A stretch of DNA of 64,000 nt from positions 9,486,001-9,550,000 of the forward strand of contig CM102283.1 in assembly GCA_046563655.1 (NCBI GenBank). The letters run 5' to 3'. Positions 1-11,010 of the stretch are shown here, piece by piece. The notes beneath the pieces are model-generated. The model was not told the origin of the DNA. It saw nothing but the letters and a program-made list of their open reading frames with translations, and did not search any database. Each line of letters starts with the position of its first letter. Positions within the stretch are counted from its first letter, which is position 1. Source of the stretch: Yuukianura sp. NJ FZ-2021. Taxonomy: Eukaryota. A program made the position numbers and the translations under genes.

Positions 1-3000
1 TGAAGGAAGAATTGCATAAAAACGGTGAGAAGCGTGTAGATATTGAAGATATTCGGAAGTGGTCGCTTTTTTGATAATGATTTCAGTGGCTAAAACCAAA
101 CAGAAATGATCAAAATTGAAGCTTAGCTATTAAAAATCATCCAAAACTGGACAAATACTCACCTTCGAGTGAGAAATGAAGAAGAAACAGGCAGCCAATA
201 GGAGTCCATGGAACGTCGCTTGAGAATCGCTCAGTTTGACTCCATCCAGATATAGCACTGATTGGGAGTACGCCAAGATGAGTGCATTCAGCGCCAGTAT
301 TTTGAACATTTGCAGCGTCGTAACCAATGTACAGCGTCCTTGCTTTATCACATGACAAACTACAACAACAACAAAAAATTGAACAGTTTTTAAAAATCTT
401 CCTACCACCGCCAAATTTGAAAGCGTAGCTTACTGCATTCAATGGAAGCCATTTTGGACGAGAAAGGCGCAGCGATTGAAGCGTCTCCCAGTTTCACAAT
501 TTGTCCTTTCTCTTGCTCCTCCAATTCCTTTAGCATTTGCTTCAGTTGCTTATCCATTGAAGATTCCTTTGGCGCTGCAGAGTTGGCTGGAATAGCTCGT
601 CTTGCTCCTCCTCTAACTGGATTCCGCTGCACTGGAATCGGTTTAGCTTCTTTCTCTTTTCCAGTCGCTGGAGAACTTCCAGTTTCGTTTCCCTGTTTAG
701 CTAATTGTGCCAAAATCGTTTGTTTCTTCTCTACCCATTCAGGACAATGTGAAAGTATAGCTACTCCCACGTGAGCATGTTTCAAAGCACCAACCTGGAT
801 TTCAAAATTCAAAATCAGCATTTCAAAAAATTACACTTTTTTGAAAAACTTACATCGTTCGTTCCATCTCCACACATGAGTGTAAAGTGTCCACAGTTTT
901 TGATTCCATTGATGATCCACTCTTTTTGCTTAGGAGCCATTCTTGCAAAAACGATAATGTGTGGGAGGAGTCTAGACAGTTGGCCAATCAAGTTCTTCTC
1001 CTGGTATGACATTATTCTTAGCAATCCGTCTCCGGTAAGGCAGAGGTTATACTTTGAAACAAGCTCTCTAAAGTTCAAAAACAAGTTAAAAAAAATTCAA
1101 AATGGAAAAGTTCAAAATTATCAAAGTTTGACAAAACAACATGTGCTTATCGGTTACCGTTGGTCAGTGGATTCAAATGGCAAGATAATTTCTCCATCAA
1201 TCGATTCCCACTTCATACTTTCCGGAACAAAGATCAGAATTTCCGAGCGCGAAGTCATTTTCAGTTGCTTGGCAACGTGACAAGCAGTCAGCGGATTGTC
1301 ACCGGTTATCATCACGACCTGCAAGATAAAAGTTAAGTTGAATATCACTAATGGTGGAAGGATAGCCCTCGATAAAACTCGATACTATCGACTGGATAGT
1401 CTCGATAATCGATATCTCACCTTATGTGATGAATGCATAATTTCGTGAATGACTTTCTTGGAATCTGGTTTGAGTGGACAAGAAATGATAATGAATCCAA
1501 GGAATTTCAACTCCGACTCAACGTCTTCTCTCGTCAGCTGTCGAACGTCTTGGTGACTCAAATTGCCAAGTTGCTTGCAACCAAGTGCCAGGACACGAGA
1601 ACCTTCTCGAGTATGTGACAAATAAGCTGCTTCGTAGTGTTTCGGTAGTTTCGAAAACTGGAAAACAACAAGTTTTTGCACTTTTGTGAAAAAAAAACTT
1701 AAAAAGTGAAGACTTTGACTTACCATAGACTGCATAACCTCCGGAGCACCTTTGACTGCCGCAAAGTAGTTCGTTTGGAGTCCATCCGCCACTCCAGCGA
1801 CTACTGACATTCTCTTCAACGATGCATTGAAGTGAAATCGATGAAAAATCTTTACTCCACGAAGATTGCTGTGAGAGCTCGTCTTCTTCGGAACTGCCAC
1901 GTCCTTGTTCAAATCCCATCCAATCCACTTGAGTGCTTCTTTCTCCAGGGGATCTCCAACTATCGTTCCATCTTCCATGGTAACCAGGGCGTGACAACTT
2001 GCCAATGTCTGAATTGTATCTACGGATAAGTTCTGCACCGGTTCCGGTTCAGCACCTACGAAAACACAACGATACATAACAATCATAGCGAAAAACTTGT
2101 CAGTAAGCAGTATTGAAACAAAAAACTTACCTTCACGTTCAGTTACTACACCATTGATTATCAAATTGTCTGAAGTGAGTGTTCCAGTTTTGTCGAAGCA
2201 GCAGATTTCAGTTTTTCCGGCAAACGGAATCCTGAACGGCTCTGTACAGTAGACTCCAAGTTTAGTCAGAGACAGCACGGAAGAATTTACAGCCAGTGAC
2301 AATTCAATTGGCAGTTCAGGAGGAACGACCGAAGTGATAATCAGCGTACACTCCAGAAAAAGTTTGTAACGATTCCGATCGGGATCTTCCGTTCCTAAAA
2401 TAACCAAGAAACGACATTAAAACGTTTTTTTTTTTAAATTTTGAAAAACTTGTTTTTCAGTGCTCAACTTCTACTGGTTTACCTTTTATCCAAACATAAG
2501 CGGATGCTGCCAGTGCAAAGATGAGTAAAAACATAATGAAAGCAAACGTTTCCAAATTGTTAGCCGTTACTCGCTTCACTCCGTACATAATCGTCCTGAG
2601 TAGTTTTCCTTGAGAAGTGGCAAATCCCGTCCGCAGTACATAACAAACACATCCATTGTCCGAAGCTCTCAGTCCAGAACCAGTTTTAGATGGCGGAGTA
2701 TGTTGAACCAACTTTGTTCCTCCAGACAATATTCGCAGTTTTCCGTCTGTCTCAATGTCCAGAGAACGATCTTCTCCAGAAAATCCATCTTCAGTAAACT
2801 CAGATTCAATTGGCTCCTTCATCTGCGGTACAGACTCTCCCGTCAGCATACTTTCATCAACAATACACGATCCACGGAGAAGCAACATGTCACATGGGAT
2901 GAGCTCCTCTTCAGCCATAGCTCCGCCCCCCTCCCCTGACCCCCCACCCCCTCCTCCTCCTCTGCTGGGGGAAACTGAGACGATGTCGCCAGGGAGCAGC

Positions 3001-4098
3001 TCAAAAGAACTGACTGGTCGCCACTTCCGGTTACGGTAGACCAATATCTTGTAGGCCTTGTTGCCCATGTTCCTTATTTCTCGCATGTTTCTCAGCTGTT
3101 GCTGGACCAGAGTGCATTCAAATACGACGAGCATGCAGAGAGTGAAGACGGAGTACATCCAGTATTCATCCAAGCACCACAGCAGAACACAGAATACTTG
3201 AAAGACAAAGAACGGAGCCGTTGCACGTTCAATGAACAGTTCTTTGAAGCTGGGAATTCGCATGGTGGTTTTGTTGGATCCGAATTTGGCTTCAGCCTGA
3301 TGAGTCTCTTCGTCATCTTGGTATCCCTTGTGCTGGAGATAAGACTTGAGTCGCAAGGTGGTTGGGAATTCCAGGGCCTCAAACGTATTCGTTTCGTAGT
3401 TGTATTCGTACTTGGATTCTTGAAATACAAAGGAAATCACCTTCTTATCTCCCGGTGCACCCTAAGCAAAATCAAATTTTAGTTAGTTTAGCATTCCGAT
3501 TAGTTCAATCTTTTTGATGTCAACCTTTGCTCTCTGCAATCTGACTAGTTCTGGAGATCCATTTGATGGAGTCGGAACAACTTTGGCAATACTTGCTTGT
3601 AATGGGTCACCACTCTGTCAATAAAGAATTACATAAATTAGATTCACTGCCAGTAGCTTTAAAAACTAGGCAAAAATCTTTACTTAATCGTTTTTGTTTT
3701 ACCTTGACTTTGTTACATGTTAGGAATGCTCGTACATGCACCGACCAGTGACAAAATAAGTAGACCAGAGTCTGAAGAACGCCGATTACGGCTAGTCCAA
3801 TGAAGCCAGCTTCCAGTGTTCCGTCAGTCGGTATACTGCGTTGCGCAGCGGCAGCATCGTCAACAATCGTTCCATTATCCGTAGGGGTCCCTTCAGTTGC
3901 AAAATCGGTCGTCACCGGCTGATTCAGACCCTCGTTGTCTCCGATTCCAACTTGACCTTGGATCCATGACCCCCATAGGAATAACCAAGCAGCGTACAGG
4001 GCAATGAAGGGACCAGCGTATCCATGGAGTAGCACCGGCTTCTGATTGTAAAGAGTCACTTTCTCGACCAATTCTTCCGTGTCAGCGAGTCCTGCCAT
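1..4098 (-). CDS. ATP13A1: P5A-type ATPase / ER transmembrane-helix dislocase (ATP13A1/Spf1-like), multi-exon, 3' end runs off the window
   Basis: ATG at 4098. Spliced exons contain [13 protein letters not shown], the P5 signature PPELP, the phosphorylation motif [37 protein letters not shown] and [11 protein letters not shown]. Introns checked are GT-AG. Confidence 0.96.
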
Positions 4099-4950
4099 TC
4101 TCTCAACCGAAGCAGTACTGTCAACTGGTCCACGTCCAAAGTCAAGCTGAGGTGTCCAGTCTAGGTAAAGTTAATTTTAACCAAGTTAAATTGCTAATTA
4201 ACCTGTTTCTAATTAAAATTGAAACTAAAGATCAGTATTTTAGGCCAGATGACAGGCTGGAGAGATTACGAGAAAAAAAATAGACAATTGCCAATTGCAT
4301 TTTGTGTTGCAAATGGCAATTCCTTTTGTGACGAAATTGCAAAATACAAATCTCAACTTCCAAATCCAGCATGGTTTCTCCCGCCAAATTCAAATTTTCG
4401 TTGTAAATTTTTCGAATTTCACCGATTTTTTTAATATTACAAATTCGCAGCAGCATAAATGAATGAATTTATTAATTATCAGTTTCTAAGATGTCCGATT
4501 AATTGCATTCTGCATCTATCCTTTTCTTTCCATATTCATCAACACAAGCAGAAATCTCAGTTCCCTCCCATTCGTCCCTGTGTAATGATCTCCTTGCAAT
4601 AAAAAGTTGGCTCCGTTTGCTTTTTTCATTCGCATTTTAGCTTCTGAGAGGGATACTGTGGAGCTTGCTTTGGTCTTGGACGTTCTGCGTTTCAGTGGCG
4701 CTTAATTGGTAAGTATTTTAGTTAAAGCGTCATGAATTCATCAATTCTATTACCATTAATCAGTGGCTAGAGTGGACGGAGATCTCTAACACTAAAAAGG
4801 TTAAGTCCAAAAAGGACTTTGGTTTTGGTTGTAATTTGTAAATGATAAGGATTAAAGAAAAACGAATGAATCTCCATTTTTCCAGGATTAGACTGAAATC
4901 ATAAGAAATTGTGAAGAACTGACTGAGAAACTGGACTGAAGCTGAACAGC

Positions 4951-5978
4951 ATGAACATTCATACGAATATTCTCCGTTGTGTTCCGGACTTCCCGTACTA
5001 CTCAGCTGACACTTTCGGGTACGTTAACTTTACGATTACTTTAAGCTAAGGTTCCTCCGATTGGTTCTTAATTGCTTTGGTACAATCTCTCAGATACCCG
5101 GAACGTTCAATTCGTTGTGGCGATGGATACGAAGATGCTATTTTGGTTCTAGGACCGCCACTTCACCTGTACTCAAGTCAAGCGCCTTCTAAGAACTGTA
5201 CTGTCCATGTCAGTGGAATTCCAGACTGGGCAAAGATGTCTGACGTTGTGGAGGCTTTTCAAGGATTCGGCAAGATTTTTACGATTGAACTGTCCGTGAC
5301 CTACCGAAGTCTCAAGCGGAATGCCATGCACGTTTGCAACGGAAGTGCCCTTGTCACTTTTCTCAGCTACGACGGGGCTCAGAAGGCTCTGGATTCCCAT
5401 TTGACACACTTTATTCCAGGTATTGTTATCGTACTAGCTTATTAAGTATGTAATCGTATTAAGTCATTCATTCTTATTGAATTCTGTGTCTAGGAATGGC
5501 AACTCCACTCTCAATTTACAAGTCCGTCGTGAACAATGTGGTGCTTCTCAAGAATCTACCGCCCAAAACCTCCAAGGCTGACATTCTGGCTCGAATCAAT
5601 GGATACCCTGGATTGCTCTCAGTAAATTCCTTTGCTCTAACATTCAATTTTTGCCACTTTTAACATTCGTTTTCTTTTCGTTTCGTTCTAAAGGTGTCTT
5701 TCATCAAGTTCAACGTTGCACGCATGGTGTTCACAGATCTCAAGTAAGTTTATCTTTCTTGTCACGGAACAGCTGACAAGCATCCGCGTATTTTCTATAA
5801 GTTTGTATCCAAGCGTCTTTTGGAAGTTGTAAACTTGAACTTCTTTTTTTTTTGTGTTGTTAGTTCTGCCTTACTGTTCATGGATATCGTTTCAAGCGGA
5901 GCTTTAGTGATTGACAAGTTTACGTGCATTGTTGAGCCAGAAGTGAAGGATGAAGATGAATCTGACTCGGATGATTGA
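4951..5978 (+). CDS. Small, divergent two-RRM RNA-binding protein (228 aa) with acidic C-terminal tail
   Basis: Exons 4951-5018, 5094-5419, 5494-5621, 5694-5743 and 5864-5978 splice in frame (687 nt, all GT-AG). RRM1: TVHVSGIP (RNP2-like), FQGFGKI, GSALVTF (RNP1-like). RRM2: VVLLKNLPPKTSKADI. Ends EVKDEDESDSDD*. Confidence 0.75.
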
Positions 5979-7347
5979 AGAAGACAAGTCAATGTTGATC
6001 TGTGCTAATACTGCGCATTACTGACTAACGATACGATGGTGATCATTTACATGCTGCTTAATTAACCTAAGTTTAGAAATTTATTATTTTTTAAGACCAA
6101 ATACCAATAACGTAACTGTTTTGCTACAAAGAGAAACTCGAGAAGATTGATCCCTTGTGCCTTGAGACCAAACCATTGTTAATTAAGTTTTACTCAATTG
6201 TTGATAATCAACTGAAATGATGATCTTCATGCCTTCGAGTCAACTCAGCGATTAACTAAAAGTATGATGTTCTAATTACTCTTGGTTTTGTATAAGTTCC
6301 TCCTTGTTTTCTTTTTTAATTGTCTAAAGACTGACTTATCTCAAAAAGTGTCACCCTCACTTATGTAACACACAAGGTCAGATTGTTGCTTTTCAAAATT
6401 TTGAAAAGTTTTCTAAAATGTTGATCAAATTTTAACTTCAAGGTCAACCTTTGTGTGGCATATGAAGTGGTGACCATTAGAAAAACTGTGGGAAACTGGC
6501 AATTTGTAAACGGATAATCTCTGAACAGCACTTTAAAAAGTGATACGTAACAGATTGTATTTATAATTAAATTTAAATCATGGCTTTGTTTATAAACTTT
6601 AGCAAATCATATCAGTAATTGCGATTAACTTAATTAATTTTATCAATCTCTGTTGGTAAACACACTGTTAAGACTATTGACATGTTGAGAGCTTGTCATT
6701 CGCACTTTGACTTAATATCATAGACTATCATTTGAAACCAACAAGATTACCAACAACAAGTGTATTTAATGAACTTTAAACTTAAGTTTTAGTTAACTTT
6801 TTAAGTTAAACTAACTTTTTAAAGTTAACTTTGCTCCTGGTGGTGGCGTTTATGCTAATAAATGTTATGTATTATGCTCCTTTGTTAATAAAATTCAGTT
6901 TAAAAAAATGTTATGAAAATAAATACTTATTTTGTACAAAAAAGTTTGCAAATTTTTTTGGTTTTTATTTTTTTCTAAAAGTGTGTTACACGCCGAACGT
7001 TTTTTAGTTGCGACAAATTACAACTTTTTGGTTTGTGAAGTAAACTAAAGAGGATAAATTATTTACACTTTGCTAGTAATTAAGTTTTGAGGAACAAATA
7101 CGAACAATTTAGATTTAGATAGAAGTAAACTTAATCCAACAATCAGCTGATCCATTAATTTTCAGAACATGTTGAACAAAAAACTTTTTCTTTCACTTTA
7201 GAAGTACAACTAAGAAAAATTGAAAGTAATTGAATAATACAGAGATAAGATTAGGAAATATACTGGATGCTGGACAAGTTTCCAATTACGATGGTGGAGA
7301 TTGTTGATTTAGGTGAGTAGTTAGATGTTGATGCTTTAGTTGAGTTT

Positions 7348-8616
7348 TTAGGACAGTGGAAGTTGATCAATTGGCGTTGCAAAGACGAAATCAGCTGGGA
7401 AAAGATCTTCTGCTCTCGGGTACATCAACTTGTACGACTGACGAATAGTGACATCGGCGACACCGGCGACATCTCCGATTTCCTTTTGAGAGCGCTTCAC
7501 CTCGGAAGCCTAAACAAAAACAAAATTTAGAAAGATAGAAATGAGAGAATTTTTTTTAACAAGATACTTACCTGAGAAGCCATGTAAATAGCTGCTGCTG
7601 CAACTGAAATCGGTGAACGCCCAGGCACGATGTCCAGTTCGACTGCTTTTCGAGCAATTGTGGTGGCAGCACGTTGTGCCATGTTTGGAAGACCAAGGGT
7701 AGAGCAGAAGCGGGACATAAAGTCACCAGTAGTGATCAGATCCACAGAAGTGTCCAGAGCCTTCAAAATCAACTTGAAGCACCGCCCAATCTCCTTCTTG
7801 GAGATTTTGGAGATGGCGCAGATCTCTTTGAAAGTTCGCGGCACTCCTTCCTGACGACAAGCAATGTAGAGACTGGCAGAAGCAATGGCGTCGTTGGCAC
7901 GCCCCTTCAAGTTCTTCCCATCATGGACCATCTGAAAATGACAAATGAAAAGTCCATTGTAAGTATTAACCTTAACTAAAAGTTTAGTTTTAAATGTTAA
8001 CTGACCTTGAATAGATTATTAGCACGATCCACAATCGTTTTGGGCAGATTGATTCTGTCAGCCATTCCACTGATTTCACGAAACGCAGCAACGAGAGCCC
8101 GATCACCCGACGGCATTCCTCCACGGCGATTCTGATACTTGGCCATTCCGAATTCGTCAAAGGCTGCTTCTCCCTTGCCACCTCCAATGATTGTGCTCAA
8201 GTCAGATCCATTCAACAGTGGATTCTCTGGTCCTCCGACACGAGACGGATCTGCGTTGGCCTTCTCATTACTGAATGTACGCCATTCCGACCCCACATCG
8301 ATCACACTGTAATTAACGGAAAGTAATTAGTTTCAACAAACCACAATCAATCAAGTTCATTCATAGTATAATGTAAAGAGAACATCAATCAAAACAAAGT
8401 GTGTCACAACTTACCGATCTCCCACGACAAGTCCACATTGTGAACAAATCTACAACGACATAAAAACGTCATCAATTCGTCCGTTCCAAAAAATGTCGAT
8501 TAACCTTAGTTATAACTTACCTGATCTCCAGCTCGATAGTCTTCAATCAGAGGTGCTGTTGGATGCTCGTGGCAATAAATTGACGTTGGATCAAATGGTA
8601 ATGGTTCGGCGGCCAT
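7348..8616 (-). CDS. GTF2B: Transcription initiation factor IIB
   Basis: Exons 8521-8616, 8415-8449, 8006-8306, 7572-7931 and 7348-7509. Zn ribbon CHEH...ICSQCG, B-reader [12 protein letters not shown], cyclin folds ([36 protein letters not shown]). Confidence 0.98.
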
Positions 8617-9731
8617 CTTGTTTTTCCAATTACTCCTTGACACCTACTAAATCAATCAAAATACACAATTATTAATCAAACTACACCACCAGTAAGGCAT
8701 ACCGTACATATTTAACTGTTGTTCATAGAGTGTCTGTATTCTGTGACCCCGTCAAAGGTCAATGCAGGTTTTAACACCTTATCTTTAGTACATCACTTCA
8801 TTAATCTTTAATTTATCAGTGTTTTACCTCTAAATTCTACAAAACGTTTATGCCAACATGAATCAGCTGTTTACTTTTCTTTGAAAGCTAAGAATAATGC
8901 AGAAAAAACAACGATTTACCTTGTAAGTTGGCAAACGTCAGGTTACAGATGGAATTTTCTACGTTTTGAACGGTAATGAAGCAGTGAGTGACTAAAGTAG
9001 TGTTAAATTAATCGTTGATGGTGATTAATTGTAAATTAAGCAATTGTTCTGTAAGAACAATGAAGTGCAGAGTGCAGAGAAGAGTCACAGAAGAGAACCA
9101 CTTTCGAAGGAGGCAGAAACGAAAGTGAGGAGAAATAGGCCGAGGAGGACCGAAAATAAACGACGAATTTAAAATTCCTACACAAAGGGGTAAGTCCGTC
9201 CATTTGTGCCATGTTGCCACCTGTACTGTTGCCACATAAATTCAACATGAGAGTACAATGTGGCAACATGAGTGCTGTTGAGGAATGTGGGACGCTGACC
9301 TTGAATCCCGTTTCCTGTCGTTGACCTTGGAGAAGCGGCGTGGTCAAGATAAGGCGTCCGTCGGAGTGAGGCCAAGGGAGGCACAGGGTTTCTCATTTCT
9401 GGAGCACTAACAATTAGCACATGGAAAATTTCCAAAATTTTCTAAAATACATTGCATATGAATTGAAATGCATTGCACATGCACAAAAATGCACCATACA
9501 TGTATTTTCCAGACAACGTGGCACTTTTTCAAGGCCAAAGACAGACGGCTTGGCGCCGGAATTATAGGAAAGAAAAGCCCTACTTGCTAAAACTTAGCAC
9601 AAATTCATGAATTACTTAAAAGTAATTACTAGTAATTACTGTAATTATGATAGTTTAGTTAATTATGAACTTCCCCATTCAATTAACAACAATTGGCAGC
9701 CATTTTGCTACAACTTGGCCCTTGATTTTGA

Positions 9732-10651
9732 TTAACCGATGATTCTGTTGAGTAAGCCACCGAGTAAGCTGCCACCACCGCTGGGTGGGGGTGGGCCAGG
9801 AGGTGGTCGTGGGCGTGGCCTGGATGGTCGGCTGTCTTCTGCATCTTCTACGTCGTCTTGGTCGCATTCCTTTAGATTCTTGGGAGCTACGGTCTGAATT
9901 AAAGGTCAAAGGTCAAAGGTCATGGAATCCAAAGGTCACCAACTTTGTTTAGAAGATGTGCCCTATTCCTAGTTTACCCCGTTTTTCAATTTAAGGTCAT
10001 CCGGAATCATGACGTATCCAAAGTTATGATTGAACCGGATACCTAAAAAGTCAAAAGTATATTTGAACGTTAGGTTAAAAAAACGTTTAAAACGTTTTAA
10101 GAACGTTAATTTCAAAATTTTGAACTTACAGTACATAGAGATGTAGTCAAAGTCTTTGAACTTCATTTTGCCTGGCAGTTTCAACTTGATGTCATCTCCG
10201 GAGTAGCGTTTCAGAGTTTCGCAGCTACAAAATGAAAAGGCTCAAAAGTGACCTTTCAAAATTTGAAAATTTTTATAAAATTTCAAAATTCATTACATTA
10301 CTTTTCGTTTTCGTCCGGGATGATTGTTCCATCAAGTTCAATGAACTCTGGGAGCGACGAAGCCCGTGTTTTGCCCAGCATGAACCACGCTGCTGGTCCA
10401 GTGCCGTCGTAATTCAGTCCAGAAATCTCCATTGTATTTTCATCCAGCAGCGTCACTTCTCCTGCCAACTGATGCGCATAACTCTCAAAACTCCCAAGCG
10501 ACACTCTACCAGACTCATCATCGTCATCTTGATCTTCTTCAGATGACCTTTGACCTTTCGTCTCAATTCTTCTGCTGTCAACTTCATTTTGCACAGAGGA
10601 AACTAAAAACAAGTAGGCTAGAAGCACTAAAAAGTGAAACTTAGACGGCAT
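9732..10651 (-). CDS. Secreted single DM13-domain protein (Skeletor/Knickkopf-type domain), 223 aa, with Pro/Arg-rich tail
   Basis: Exons 10302-10651, 10130-10224, 9978-10042 and 9732-9893 join in frame. Signal peptide MPSKFHFLVLLAYLFLVSS. DM13 pattern H-x2-GEV-x2-LDE...NYDGTGP...WF...GTIIPDE...IKLKLP...ISMYCIRFNHNFGYV. Confidence 0.85.
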
Positions 10652-11010
10652 TTTATCAAAATTTCAATGCTCAGTGTAACAACCGTCAAAAAAAATTTCG
10701 AAAAACTCTAGTATTTATACACAAAATTCCAGTTTATGTTTCAGCATTTCACTTTTATCGTTGAGAAAGTTTCTCGAAAAATCAAATTTTTGGGAAAAGT
10801 GACTTTCGAATTGGATTTTTACGAGAATGAAATAAAATCGAGGCTAATTAGTCGCAAGTGCTGATTATTAATTACAATTAACTAAAAGTTTTTTTTATTA
10901 ATCACAACCTGCTTACTATTCCATGATTTCCGAAAATTGCGTCTGGGATACTTTCACTTGCTAAGATAAAATGGTATCGAACAAGATAAAATATGGATAT
11001 TTTATCGAGA

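Noticed and set aside
4286-4321. Imperfect inverted repeat AATTGCCA...TGGCAATT, weakly X-box-like, in the ATP13A1/RRM promoter
   Set aside because: Short, AT-rich and a poor fit to the X-box spacing.
6349-6476. Possible degenerate MITE (GTCACC...ACAC-AAGGT arms)
   Set aside because: Arms too mismatched and no target duplication.
9008-9435. Overlapping short ORFs and a CATGTTGCCAC inverted pair upstream of TFIIB
   Set aside because: No recognisable protein or splice structure. Likely promoter or 5'UTR sequence.
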